In this document: piece after piece, positions 1-14,150 of the stretch | Layout of the letters: every line of letters begins with the position of its first letter | Numbering within the stretch: the first letter of the stretch is position 1 | Source of the DNA: Octopus vulgaris | Lineage: Eukaryota | Direction of reading: 5' to 3' | DNA: 64,000 nucleotides | Assembly (NCBI GenBank): GCA_951406725.2 | Contig: OX597833.1 | Span: 53,878,001 to 53,942,000 of the forward strand | Notes under the pieces: generated by a model | Databases searched by the model: none | Told to the model about the DNA's origin: nothing | Seen by the model: the letters and a program-made list of their open reading frames with translations, nothing else | Translations under genes and position numbers: made by a program

Positions 1-174
1 TCTGAAAGTTGGACAGGGACTTAACTCTGGTTTCTATTGTGTTCTGGAGAAGGAAGCTCACCTTTTGAACGGGGCATCATCGGGTTTAGTGCAGGTAACC
101 TTCTTCCCCAGTACCCAAGGAAACCTAATTTTTTTAATGGTTTTTTAGGGCAGCCGTTCATCCTCTCTCTCTCT

Positions 175-642
<468 letters not shown>

Positions 643-738
643 TCTGATTTAATTCCTATTTCTTAACCCTGTCTTTTGTAATTCTCAACAAAAGTGGTTG
701 CTCAAGGCCTGTTTTCCCCCTACTTAGTTATGGGTGAC

Positions 739-773
<35 letters not shown>

Positions 774-1047
774 AAGTACAAAAACCCCATTGTATTCCAC
801 ATGAATATACATTCCTGCCTAGTCCAGACACACAAGTAAGGAATGAACTCCTGACCTGACCCATTACCTGGTTGCCTGATACTTTAACCACAGACCCAAA
901 TACATTCATATGCTTTTATGTTTAAAGCCTTGAGGCTGTGGCCATGCTGGGGCACCACCACCAGTGGATATTCTTATATTCTTTTATATTTAAAAATCCT
1001 ATTTCTTTTATATTTATCCTGGGCATTCTTTTACCCAAAGAATGTAG

Positions 1048-1098
<51 letters not shown>

Positions 1099-1238
1099 TA
1101 GTTAATAAATTGTATAGTAGACCAGGCAGTTTACCTGTAATGCATATTCACTTTCTCTGTGTTCATTGGGTATTTGATTAATGAGAGAGACATTCTCGTA
1201 TCTTCCATCTTCTGTCTCTCTCATTAATCAAATATACA

Positions 1239-1289
<51 letters not shown>

Positions 1290-1292
<3 letters not shown>

Positions 1293-1452
1293 TTAATAAA
1301 TAAAAAATATGCATATATATATATACATATATGTACGTACCTACCTCTACATGTATATATACACGCATATATGAGTACAGGACACCAAAAAAACGTCGAA
1401 CACAATGAGAAACGAAAACATAGACACAAACCCAAGGAACTGGACATTTTTC
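1290..1452 (+). mobile_element. (TA)n-embedded dispersed repeat fragment, possibly a Penelope-like terminal repeat
   Basis: Inverted homologue at 2330-2482 and a fragment at 55240-55283; flanked by TA tracts. Confidence 0.55.
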
Positions 1453-1457
1453 TTTGG

Positions 1458-1612
1458 CATGGAGTGGTTGGCGTTAGGAAGGGCATCCAGCTGTAGAAAC
1501 ATTTGCCAGATCAGACTGGAGCCTGGTGCAGCCTCCTGGCTTCCCAGACCCCAGTCGAACCGTCCAACCCATGCTAGCATGGAAAACAGACGTTAAACGA
1601 TGATGATGATGA
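1458..1612 (+). mobile_element. Retroposon family D 3' end with (GAT)n tail
   Basis: GAGTGGTTGGCGTTAGGAAGGGCATCCAG...GCATGGAAAACAGACGTTAAACGATGATG; repeated at 3478, 41309, 43211, 45665. Confidence 0.85.
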
Positions 1613-1659
1613 TATATATATATATATATATCATTATCATCATCATCGTTTAACGTCTG

Positions 1660-1711
<52 letters not shown>

Positions 1712-2234
1712 CTTCATATGTAGCTGTGGTGGTGAATAAATATTTGAACTTAGCAGTCGTTGACAAAGTGAGTGCAGTGTCATACCCGTGTTATATAGAT
1801 CTGGTCTGAAATTTGAAAAAAGAAAAATGCTATATATATATGTATTTTAAGTAAATGTATGTGAACAGGAATAAAAAGATAACCAGGTCAAGCAGACATT
1901 TTTTTTCTTCTAGTTTTCTTTTTTGGTTTTTTGGTTTTTTGAATGACAACCAAAGTCCAAAGTGGGGAGGGATAAAATGCAAAGAGGGATAGGGTAGTGG
2001 TTGTGGCTTTGTGAAAAGTACTACCAGGAAATTAGTGGGTGGTTGGTTGGCTGGCTGGCTGGCTGGCTGGCTGGCTACTGCATCTTTTTTGTTTTCCTAT
2101 TTTTTTATTATTTTTTTTGCTTTTTTGTTCTTTTTTACTATCAACAGACTAAAGAGGAATGTCAAAATGAGTTTACCAAACCCAGTTGCTGTAGGAAGCT
2201 AATGAACATAAAAAAACAGCATATATATATATAT

Positions 2235-2480
2235 CCTTCGAAACGTTTAGTAGATGAAACTTTAGCGACTGAAGAAGGGGATTTTTCGTTGTGCTTATTG
2301 TCCTGTATCTCCTTTTTTTTTTTTTTTTGCCTGTCTTGTTCCTTGGTTTGTGTCTATGTTTTTCGTCTCTCTATGTGTTCGACGTCTTTTTGGTGTCCTG
2401 TACACATATATGCGTGTATATGTACATGTAGAGGTAGGTACGTACATATATGTTTATATATATGCATATATTTTATTAAC

Positions 2481-2482
<2 letters not shown>
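2235..2482 (-). mobile_element. (TA)n-embedded dispersed repeat, possibly Penelope-like
   Basis: Inverted copy of 1290-1452; both ends in TA tracts; contains CGAAACG and CTGAAGAAG motifs. Confidence 0.55.
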
Positions 2483-2532
<50 letters not shown>

Positions 2533-2877
2533 GTGTGTGTGTGGATAAGCTGTGTTGGTGAGTGTGCAAGTGCGCATGTGCGTGAGAGTGCATGTATAAT
2601 CGGTTGCAAGTGTGCACGCATGAATTACATGCTAAAGTGTGTGTGTGTGTGTGAATTTGAGTGAGGATTAATGAGTGTTGATGCCTATGGTTAAGAGTGA
2701 GATTAACACTGACAGATCTAGGTCCCTCTCTCATGAATACTAAGTATGTTAGTATATTCATTAAAAAAATAATAAATGTATATATTTTTAACTTCTCTAT
2801 TATATGTAATTTTCTAGATGGTGTAATTTAATTATTCATTTTGAATTGATAAAAGGTGGGGTTTTTTTCTAATATTT

Positions 2878-3068
2878 TATATGGGCCAGGCTTCCTGGTT
2901 TCTATGGTGTATGTGTTCCCCAGCTGGACGGGACACCAGTCCATCGCAGCGTTACTCATTTTTGCCAGCTTTGCTCAAGAACACAACGCGTCGTCCGATC
3001 CAGGAATTGAAACCACAATCTTACAATCATGATGCTGACACCCTAACCACTAAGCCACGCACCTCCAC
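2878..3068 (-). mobile_element. SINE family C variant (tRNA head plus V-domain-like body), internally deleted
   Basis: Reverse-complement homologue of 18881-19125. Confidence 0.8.
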
Positions 3069-3154
3069 ATGTTGGTATGGTATATTTACAAGTTGATAAT
3101 TATACACAAACTGTGAAACTGCATATTTTATTTTATTTTATTTTATTTATTTTT

Positions 3155-3443
3155 TTTTACTTGTTTGTCATTTTGACTGCGGCCATGTTGGAGCACTGCC
3201 TTAAGGAAAACTAAACAACGCTTCACGAATCTTCTCTGAATCGTTCCAATTTTAGCATATATACAGCCGAAGCAATATATTCTTTTTCTTTTTTCTATTC
3301 TCTTATCCAGGACTTACTCTTTGTAAGCCTAGTACTTACTCCATCGGTCTCTTTTGCCGAACCACTAGGTTACAGGGATGTAAACACACCAACATCGGTT
3401 GTCAAGCGACGGTGGGGGAACAAACATAGACACATATACATAC

Positions 3444-3477
<34 letters not shown>

Positions 3478-3742
3478 CATCATCATCATCATCATCATCA
3501 TTTAGCGTCCGCTTTCCATGCTAGCATGGGTTGGACAGGTCAACTGGGGTCTGGGAAGCCAGAAGGCTGCGCCAGGCCCAGTCTGATCTGGCAGTGTTTC
3601 TACGGCTGGATGCCCTTCCTAACGCCAACCACTCCGTGAGTGTAGTGGGTGCTTTTTACGTGCCACCCGCACAGGTGCCAGACGGAGCTGGCAAACGGCC
3701 ATGACAGGCTTCTTTTAGTTTCCGTCTACTAAACCCACTCAG
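3155..3742 (-). mobile_element. SINE family A 3' portion with a family D element (3478-3703) nested in its internal microsatellite
   Basis: A-family sequence resumes (GACAGGCTTCTTTTAGTTTCCG) directly after the D insert. Confidence 0.8.
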
Positions 3743-4169
3743 AAGAAAATATGAACTGCACAAGTCCAGAGCCTTCTAAACACACATTGGACTAATCAGC
3801 TACAGCAGGACACAGAGTAACCAATCTTCTCCCACAGGATGTCTTTGGTCATCATTGACAACAACAAACAAACTGATATGTGGTGTGATTTGATGGCGAT
3901 TCAGCTGCTATTTCTAGTAAATCAAGCAACCATGTAGAGGTTGCATCACCATTGGCTCTAAGATGAGCGAGTAGTAATCTAGTTAGTATGAGAGACATAT
4001 ACACACTTGAATGCAGTTAACAGCTGTTCTGGTCTGAAGAATTTTCTGCATTTGTGATGCAGTCTAGGTGTGAAAACCATGTGGTTGCCAGGAAAAAGAT
4101 TAGTCAAAAATTGTGAAGTGAAACATTTGTAGGGAGTGTGGTAGTTTTAACTGTGCATTACTCATGAGT

Positions 4170-4550
4170 GGAGGCACAATGGCCTAGTAGTTAGGGCAGT
4201 GGACTTCCGGTTGTAGGATCGTGGTTTCGATCCTCAGACCGGGCGTTGTGAGTGTTTATTGAGCGAAAACTCTTAAAGTTCCACGAGGTTCCGGCAGGGG
4301 TAGTGGCGAACTCTGCTGTACTCTTTCACCACAACTTTCTCTCACTCTTTCTTCCTGTTTCTGTTGTACCTGTATTTCAAAAGGGCCTGCCTTGTCACAC
4401 TTTGTGTCAGGCTGAATCACCCCGAGTACTACATTAAGGGCATAAATGTCTGTGGAGTGCTCAGCCACTTGCACGTTAATTTCACAAGCAGGCTGTTCCC
4501 TTGATCGGCTCAACTGGAACCCTTGTTGTAACTGAGGGACTGCCACAACG
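4170..4550 (+). mobile_element. SINE family C (tRNA-derived head TGGCCTAGTAGTTAGGG...GTTTCGATCC)
   Basis: A/B box head; full-length homologue at 42549-42934. Confidence 0.88.
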
Positions 4551-5574
4551 ATTCATGAATGTTAAAAACATGTAGCATTAAACAAGTTCTTTGACCAAAT
4601 TACAGAGTATCTGCAAACTAGTCCTTGTCACATGAATATTCTAGAAGTCTTCATTCACAGGAATTGCATACATCTGCCTTGAATAGAAAGAATTTACACT
4701 TCTTTAGCTGTCAACTCAGTTCTATTCTCAAAAGAATTGCCCCCTTTTTTTCTCAACCATAGTGTGTCCATGCTGGCAGAATCATTAGTGCACTGGACAA
4801 AATGCCTAGTGGCATTTCTCCTGGCTCTTAATGTTCTCAGTTCAAATCCTGCCAAGGTCAACTCAGCCTTCCCTTCTTTTGAGGTCAATAGTCAAACACT
4901 AGAAACAATGTAATTGACCTCCATTCCCCTTCAAAATTGCTAACCTTGAACTCTGCAATGGACCGGCATCCTGTTCAGGGGAAATGCTGTGATCTTGGCC
5001 AGTTAAATGTCATGGAAACCAGGTAATAAACCAGTCCCATGCGTCCTAGGGCTAAAAAAAAAACCCCATATAGCTACAAGGTTTCATTCTCTTGTAAAAA
5101 CAGTAGGGCATGTTTTGAGGAAAATTGTGTTACTATTTCTGACAAGTCAAGCAACCACACAGAGGCTCACTTATTTCTTTGAGTGGTGGGAGTTTTATGT
5201 GTGCGTGTTCTATCGGTTCCTTTTTGCTGGACCACTAAGTTATGAGGACGTCAACACACCAACACTGGTTTGTCAACGAGCAGTGATAGATGAACAGACA
5301 CAGAAACACACACACACAGACACACACATATATAGGCTTCTTTCAGTGTGTGTGTGTGTGTGTGTGTGAGGCAGTAACCTATATACAGAAGGTGAAAGGA
5401 AAGAAGAGCACAAAACGGTAACATCTACATAGCAATGTGTGTGTGTGTGTGTGTGTGGTTAGAAATTAGAGTGAGCTGTAGGTCATTGATCTCAGAGGAG
5501 GAAGTAGCATGTAACAGACACAACCAACTGTTAGTGAACTTTCATCAGCTATCAGATATATGAGGATTTCTTAC

Positions 5575-5890
5575 ACACACATACATTTACACACATGTAT
5601 ACACACACACACACATTTACACACATGTATACACACACACACACATTTACACACACATTTACACACATGTATACACACACACACACACATTTACACACAT
5701 GTATACACACACACACACACATATATATATGGTGTTTACATAATGCAAGCACGGAAAACAAACGTTAAATGGTGATGATGATGATGATGATGATTATACA
5801 CACACCCTCACACACATGAACAATTCAGTTAATCTATAAAAATATATTTTATATGCATCTGTCTGTCTGTCTGTCTGTCTAACTTTACAT

Positions 5891-5938
<48 letters not shown>

Positions 5939-6533
5939 GCGTATATATGTGTATATATATGTGCATATATATGTATATATATGTGTATATATATGTGCAT
6001 ATATATGTATATATATGTGCATATAAATGTATATATATGTGCATATATATGTACATATATACATATATATGTACATATATATACATATATATGTATATAT
6101 ATATGTGTATATATATGTATATATATGTGCATATATATGTACATATATACATATATATACATATATATGTACATATATATATATACATATACATACGCAT
6201 ATATATATACATATACACATATATATACATATACACATATATATACATATACATATGTATATACATATACATATGTATATACATATACACATATATATAC
6301 ATATACATATGTATATACATATACATATGTATATACATATACATATGTATATATACATATACATATGTATATATACATATACATATGTATATATACATAT
6401 ATACATACATATATGTATCTATATATATATATATACATATATACATACATATATGTATCTATATATATATATACATATATACATACATATATGTATCTAT
6501 ATATATATATATATATATACATACATATATGTA

Positions 6534-6571
<38 letters not shown>

Positions 6572-6581
6572 CATATATGTA

Positions 6582-6623
<42 letters not shown>

Positions 6624-6690
6624 TACATATATATATATATATACATACATATATGTATCTATATATATATATATATATATATGTATACAT
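5575..6690. repeat. Compound (CA)n/(TA)n/(TATG)n microsatellite array
   Basis: Direct inspection; source of the YI/HI-rich ORFs. Confidence 0.95.
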
Positions 6691-7089
6691 GTAATGTGTG
6701 CATTTGATTATAACATGTTAAGACTTGATTGCCATAAAAGCTCTACTCTTCGTCCCATCCAATGTCTTTCCCTTGCTAGCAAGATGGACAAAATGATATA
6801 CTGCCATCGTGAACAATAAACATAGAAGAAAACACACAGAGAAATATGAGGCTGTGTTCCTTCTCCCCGTTGCTTTTTCTTTTTAACCATTTTAGATTAA
6901 CTTGGCCAATTGTGATGATACCTGTAAGGAATGCAGCACTTGATCTGCAAACAGGTCGATAATGCTTTGAACTTCAAACTTAAAACAGCTCGTCTATCTT
7001 ATACTTGTTCAGTCATTAGATTGAGGCCATGCTGGGGCACCGCTTGAAGGGTTTAGTTGAATAAATACACAGTGCTCTTCCCACCTTTT

Positions 7090-7440
7090 AATCCTTTCTA
7101 CTGTAGGTAGAAGGCCTGAAATTTGGAGGAGAGGGGGTAGCCGATTACATCGACCTCAGTGCTCAACTGAAAAGGATGGAAGGCAAAGTTGATCTCAGTG
7201 CATTTGGAATTCAGAATGTAAAGAGCCAGAAGAAAGACTGCAAAGCAATTTGCCTAACATGCTAATGACTCTGCCGGCTTGCTGCCTTTGGTTTCAAATT
7301 CTGGCACAAGGCCAGCAAATTTACAGGGACGGGTTCAGTCAATTACATCATCGGCCGCAGAGCTGAGGATGAAGGGCAACCAGAAAACATACCGCTAAGC
7401 ATTTCGTCTGACATGCTAACGATTCTGTCAGCTTACTACC
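7090..7440 (-). mobile_element. Two decayed SINE family B copies
   Basis: GGATGGAAGGCAAAGTTGATCTC...CTAATGACTCTGCC homology to family B. Confidence 0.7.
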
Positions 7441-7840
7441 TTGGGGTTTCCAGAAGCAGCCCTTGGAGATCTGCCTCCTTTTGGGGAACATTCTTGCTTG
7501 AAGTTTTGTTTCTTTGATTTTGCTATTTTCTTCTCCCGACAAACCTTCATGTAATCCCATGTTGTATCCTATCATCCAGTAGCATCCTCGATCTGCTTGT
7601 AAAACCCTAGTGGTTAATAAAGAAATCATTATCATTGCTATTATTTTGGGTAAATGGTTAGAGCGAATGGCCATGATCTAAGTATGTGCCTGTAGACTGA
7701 GAACAGTAGAGGGTCCCCCAGCTTTGGTGGTCAGGGTAATCCTGGATATGTGGGGTTCCTTGATTGGCCGTAGTTGGAGTTTCTCCTGTATCAAGAGGAT
7801 AAGTGTCATTCAATGTTAACACATACTTTGTATACTTACT

Positions 7841-8038
7841 CATTTACTAGTTTCAATCGTTTGACTGTGGCCATGCTGGAGCACCACCCTGAAGGGGTTT
7901 AGTCGAACAAATTGATCAAATTTTTTAAGCCTAGTACTTGTTCTATCAGTTCCTTTTTGCTGGACCACTAAGTTATGGGGATGTCAACACACCAACACTG
8001 GTTGTCAAGCAGTGATGGGTGGACAAACAGACACAGAA

Positions 8039-8095
<57 letters not shown>

Positions 8096-8245
8096 GTAGG
8101 CTTCTTTCAGTTTCTGTCTACCAAATTCACTCACAAGGCTTTGGTCAGCCAGAGGCTTATAGTAAGAAGACACCTGCCCAAGATAGGTGAACTGAACTCA
8201 GAACCATGTGGTTGAGAAGCAAGCTTCTTACCACACAACCATGCA
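7841..8245 (-). mobile_element. SINE family A, CpG-decayed
   Basis: Colinear with family A consensus, with many CpG to TpG/CpA changes. Confidence 0.85.
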
Positions 8246-8439
8246 TCCTTTTATCAGATTTCACTATCTTTTCCATTTCTTTCTCCAAATCCTTTATGCA
8301 AATCCCCACTAAAAAGTGTTGTCTGTCCCTGTAATGTCCCCCTCATCTATGCCCCTGTGGATAATAAGAGAAATTATCATTATTCTATTACTATTTGGGA
8401 AGCTATAAATACAAAACCCCTTGTTTGTATGTAGTTTTT

Positions 8440-8532
8440 GGCGGAAGTAAAGAATACGCACTCCACCGGTTTTTGGCACAACAAAAACTCTAACCCTAAA
8501 AACATCGGGTGTACGTATTCTTTACCTTCGCC
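8440..8532. mobile_element. MITE family T2 (Merlin-like, GG..CC termini, internal CTAACCCTAA)
   Basis: TIR GGCGGAAGTAAAGAATACG / CGTATTCTTTACCTTCGCC; flanks gtagttttt / atagttttt; second copy at 13734-13818. Confidence 0.8.
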
Positions 8533-9042
8533 ATAGTTTTTTTTATAAGAGAAGCAACAGATTATTTCATAAGAGGTACTTAGAGTATAAAAGTTTATGG
8601 CTTTAAAGCATGTTTGAAGTTATATAACATTGATCGGTGGCCATGTTTACATGTGTGAAACATGTCTAAGAATAAACATGGAGCATCGTTGACAGAGCTG
8701 ACATCCGATCAGACGTTTTAACTTAAATCCTTAAAAATCCTTTAAAATGTTTTAGCCCGAAGGCCGCGGCCATGCTGGGGCACCACCGCTGATGATCATT
8801 TCGTAATTTTGTATACCTAGGATTACAATGTCCAATGTATTCTTCCAAATAATTCTCGAAAGACGACATTGTGTGATTTCTTGAGTGACATCTGGCTGCT
8901 ATTTCTAGCAACCTCGTAGAGGTTCCCTCGCTGGCTCATCGATCCGAGAATTATTTTCTGAAGTGTTTTTATATTCGGTGACAGCAGACTATTTTGATGT
9001 CCACTTCTGTCACAACAAAGAGACACTCAATTAAATGTGTGT

Positions 9043-9091
<49 letters not shown>

Positions 9092-9307
9092 TGGTGGGGA
9101 ATGTGTCAGTGTGTGTGTGTGTGTGTGTTCTAATAAATAAGGATCACACTCAGCTAATGAGATTTGAGAAACCTCAAGTCAGTAACACAATACAGGTTAG
9201 ACAATAATTTTAAAAAAAAGGGGGTGGAAGCTTGGGGAAATGATAATTGAAAAGGGGGGAAAATAATAAGAAACAGACTGTAGCGTGCGTGCAAAATATG
9301 TATATGA

Positions 9308-9345
<38 letters not shown>

Positions 9346-9644
9346 ACCTCAGCTTACGTCTATGATTTGGCTCCAAGACAATGCGACTTAACACGAAAAA
9401 CGACGTAATGCGAAAAAAAATATATATATATATATATACACACAAAATAAGAAAATGGAGGAATAGATTTCTTTCAATCATCAACTTCCAGATATATTGG
9501 CAGTATATTGGATAAATGATATCCCATAGTGGGTTACACTCATAACCCCTATCTCACTTTATATATATATATATATATAGTTAGCTTATATTTATTTTGA
9601 TAAATGGTTTATGCATATTTTCACGCTTTTTATTTGATTTCCGC

Positions 9645-9689
9645 ATTGGATTCAGTATTGGATTCAGTATTGGATTCAGTATTGGATTC
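9645..9689. repeat. 12-bp tandem repeat (ATTGGATTCAGT) x3.75
   Basis: Perfect copies read directly. Confidence 0.9.
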
Positions 9690-10218
9690 TAGGAATTTTT
9701 AGGCCTTTGAATTATGTACACCGCGACCGACGTAACTCGAAACAACGTAAGTTGAGACATGGCTATGGCTATATATATAAGTATGAGAAAGGAAGGGGGT
9801 GGTGAAAATGAGACGGCAGGGATCAAAGGAATTTAACGTGTGTGTGCATATATGTGTGTGAATTTGGGAGAAAGGGGGGAGAAAATACAATATTAATGCG
9901 AATAATGTCTGTGTATATATTGTACAATTTGTGAGTTTTTGCGCGGAGACAATAACGCAAGAAAGATTTGTCAGCTTGAGAAAGGAGGAAAAAAATCAGG
10001 GTTAGGAGAGATGAAGACAGAGACGTGGAGGTGGCGGGGGGGGGGCTGATTTCTTGTAGTTTTGTGCTGTATGTGTGTGATTAAAAGACAAACACTTTTA
10101 ATGATTAAAAAGAGAAGAGAGAAGACAACTAGCCATTTGCAAATGATTGAGATCACACACACAGACACATACACACACACACAGATACACAGATATGAAC
10201 TAAATCACACACACACAC

Positions 10219-10642
<424 letters not shown>

Positions 10643-11277
10643 TAAACAGCTAGCTAGCCTGATGTGTAATGCATGCGATCATGCATGAAAAAAAGAGTTA
10701 TTACATATACGTGTGTGAGTACACACACACGCACACACACATATACAGAGAGAGAGAGAGAGAGAGATAGAGAGAGGAATGCGCAGATAATTTCATTGGT
10801 GGTTTAAAAAGAGAAACAAACAAAAAATGTCTATATAATTTATAGTATAATCATTGCCAGAGTGGCAGGCATGCAGGTAGGCTGGCTGGCACTAAGGAAC
10901 GTGTCGGAGTGGTATCCGTTATAGTTTTCGGTGGTAGTGGTGGTGGTGAGAAGACAGAGAGAGAGAGAGAGAGAGAATTGTCAGTCAGTCAGTCTACTTG
11001 TAATTGTCCAATAATAAACGTTAATATTAAAACCGTTGGCTGGGTTTGTTCGCCAGCAAGAAGAAGAAAATATCAAAAGTGGATTTAATTTTTCTAAGCA
11101 TATTTTTAAGAAAAAGATGTTTTCGTGGAAGGGTAATGCTGGTTACTTTTCAAATTACAAGTCAACTTTTACTATATACATACATATAATAAGTATATTT
11201 TTAAAAATGCTTTCGTGTGCATATATTCATATACATACACACACAGATACAGTATATATTTATATATATATATATAT

Positions 11278-11484
11278 AACGGGAAGCTTTATGAAAATAA
11301 ACAAAAGACGAAGGCAGGTGGAAAACAAACGAACAATTGTATTAGTATGGCGCTCAGGAAATATAAATAAAACAAGTCTTTAACGTTTCGAGCCTACGCT
11401 CTTCAACAGAAAGATACACAGAGAGAGAAAAACACAGAAAGAAGGAGAGAAAAAATGCGTGCAGTAGCTAACGAATCAACATGG

Positions 11485-11488
<4 letters not shown>
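11278..11488 (-). mobile_element. Penelope-like terminal-repeat fragment within (TA)n, with a hammerhead-like motif
   Basis: Minus strand CTGTTGAAGAGCGTAGGCTCGAAACG; TA tracts on both sides; related element at 18378-18578. Confidence 0.6.
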
Positions 11489-11518
<30 letters not shown>

Positions 11519-11829
11519 TGTCTGGGAGACTTTTCTTATAGTAGAGGAAATAGCTAAAAAATTTTGACTGCTATTTCTAAAAGTTCGGTGTGTGGTAAAG
11601 TAAATTATTTTACTGAACCTTAATTATATAACGTAATGTTTTAAATATACCGTAAATGGTATTTTTACATACTGAACACTACTTGGTATGGAACGTATTG
11701 AAGGTTCGAACCTGCGTTCTTGACTATCCTACACATACACACATCTAGTTTCCGTGTTAATCGACCGACACAAACGAATGTGTAAATCCGAATTCACAGA
11801 CATTTCTTTCGGTTTAAATGTCTTTTAAT

Positions 11830-12140
11830 CTTTTACTTGTTTCAGTCATTAGACAGCGGCCATGCAGACTTTTAAGTCGAATGAATTGACCCACGCATTT
11901 ATTTTTTTTAAAGCCTGGTTCGTATTATATCAGTATCTTTTGCCGAACTGCTAAGTAACAGGGGCGAAAACATCCCGACACTGGTTGTCGAGTAGTGGTG
12001 GGGGACAAATAGAGACGCGTGCGCGCTTTGGTCGGCCTGAGGCTATAGTAGAAGACACTTGCCCAAGGAGCCATACAGTGGGACTGAACCCGGAACAATG
12101 TGGTTGGGAAGCAAAACTTCTTTACTACACTGCCATACCT
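11830..12140 (-). mobile_element. SINE family A, degenerate
   Basis: Tail TTTTACTTGTTTCAGTC and head GTGGGACTGAACCCGGAAC present. Confidence 0.8.
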
Positions 12141-12961
12141 GAGTTATTTCGTTTCGAATATAATTAAGTTTTTGAGAGGAACAGCAGATCTAAAAGAAAA
12201 TATGAAATTGCAAGAGTGTCCTGTCTTCTACAAAATTTCTCTCTGCACGTGTGAATGGACAGGAATATGGAACGGTGACAGGTAATAATGTCACTGTAAT
12301 AAAGTCACAATTTTGGCTAGGAAAGAAAATGTCACAATATATGGGTGGCCGGTAATAAAGTCAAAGAGGGGAAAAAAAGTCACTATTAATTTATGGGACA
12401 CGGACATTTTTCTTTTTTTTTTTTTACCTGGATTCTATATAACAACCCTCGTATATGACTGCTACTTAATTTTAACGACTCTGGAAAAAATGAAAGGTAA
12501 AGTTGGAACTCGACAGATCTTGAACTCAGAGCATAAAGGACGGGCAACTAAATACATGCTGGACAAGTTCATGTCTTTCTCAAGATATTTTCACGATATA
12601 AGTCAACACACAAATCATACGTTTTTTATTATTATTATTATTATTTTCTTCGTCTACGAAGAGATTAGAATATCTGTGGGAACTCACAGCTGTTTGAAAA
12701 GAAAAAAAAAATCTACAAAGGTAGCTTTTAAACACTATCAGCGACCACAACGCGGTCACTCGAAGAACTGTTAGGAATAGCAGCTAAATCTCCCTCAAAC
12801 CACACACATACCTATTGTGTAAAATAAAAGGATACAATAAAATAAAAATACGCTATGCCTGGGGTTACTTTTCACCATAGTTCTGTCCCACCAAGAACTA
12901 ACCTGGGACCAGATAACATTTTACTATCAGCACTATCTTAAAACACTGAATAAACTGTCGT

Positions 12962-13361
12962 ATAATAATAATAATAATAATAATGGTTTCAAATTTTTCC
13001 ACAAGGGCAGCCATTTGGGGGAGGGGATGAATCGATTACATCGACTCCAGTGTTTCACTGGTACTTAATTTATCGGCCCCGGCCCCAACGGGATGAAAGG
13101 CAAGGTCGACCTCGGCGGAATTTGAACTCAGAATGTAGCGACGGGCGAAATACCTATTTCTTTACTACCCACAAGGGACAGAGAGGACAGACAAACGGAT
13201 TAAGTCAATTACATCGACCCCAGTGAGTAACTGGTACTTAATTTATCGACCCCGAAAGGATGAAAGGCAAAGTCGACCTCGGCGGAATTTGACCCCAGAA
13301 AGCAGCGACGGGCGAAATACCGCTAAGCATTTCACCCAGTGCGCTAACGATTCTGCCAGCT
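12962..13361 (-). mobile_element. SINE family B, two tandem or nested copies with different tails
   Basis: GATGAAAGGCAAAGTCGACCTCGGCGGAATTTGA present twice; one (AAT)n tail and one TATTTCTTTACTACCCACAAGGG tail. Confidence 0.85.
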
Positions 13362-13733
13362 AAAATAAACCAGCCCCTCTCGAAAGTGCTGCCTCTTGGT
13401 GGCGGCTATACTTAAGAGTGCATTATAGTTTGTAAGAGGACAGGGTATAGATATTGTATTGTGTGTGTGTGTAAGGGCCGTTTATCCACAGGTAAGTCTC
13501 GATCGAGGACAGTCGTGATCAAGAAATATTCCACCTATGCAGACAATCTTTCTAGAACGAGTGTCTAATTGTGTCCCGTATATACACATCGCCTATCCCG
13601 CCGATCAACGATGGTGCTTCTACGTACCCACACATACACACACACGACTTGCTGGAAATAGCAATCAACACCTCTCTCAAACCACACACCACACCATCTT
13701 CGAAATGGACACGGGTGGGTAATGTGAAGTTGG

Positions 13734-13818
13734 GGCGGAGGTAAAGAATACGCACACCACCCGTTTTCGGCGTAACCCTAACCTTAAACACCGGGTGTGC
13801 ATATTCTTTACCTTTGCC
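13734..13818. mobile_element. MITE family T2 (Merlin-like, internal TAACCCTAACCTTAA)
   Basis: TIR GGCGGAGGTAAAGAATACGCACACC / GGTGTGCATATTCTTTACCTTTGCC; flanking direct repeat AAGTTGG. Confidence 0.82.
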
Positions 13819-13894
13819 AAGTTGGTTTCACCCCTACCTTGCAAAAACGTACCCAGTAAAGTGCTGACAACACATAGGGGTCAACTATGTAGTT

Positions 13895-14118
13895 GCGCAC
13901 ACCTGCTAGAAACAGCAGCCAAATCACCCTCATGTTACATTCCACCATCGTTTTATTTATTGCGAAAAAATCCTATTTATTTTTTAAAAAGGCCATATTA
14001 GACAATGTAGTCCTAGATACGTCGTGCTCCAATAAAAAAAAAGGGATGGTCACGGCTGGAATGATTTTGATCACAGGTCAGCTCGATCTGAGCTAACCTG
14101 GGGCTAAACAGCAATAAT
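13895..14118 (+). repeat. Old dispersed repeat family E (CTGCTAGAAATAGCAGCCAAAT...GACCTGGGGCTAAACAACAA)
   Basis: Degenerate copies near 3900, 8895, 12770, 13650, 14400, 15300, 21530, 22575, 26170, 35150, 52325, 57105, 58540. Confidence 0.65.
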
Positions 14119-14150
14119 AATCGCGAGGGTTATCATTTATTGTACTTTTA

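Noticed and set aside
4170-4245. tRNA genes at SINE heads (also 18881, 42860, 50080)
   Set aside because: They run directly into SINE bodies and no complete cloverleaf is evident.
5794-6819. Long ORFs of 200-290 aa rich in Y/I/H/C (also 38965-40416 and 59426-62247)
   Set aside because: Translations of stop-free microsatellites in all frames; no coding signal.
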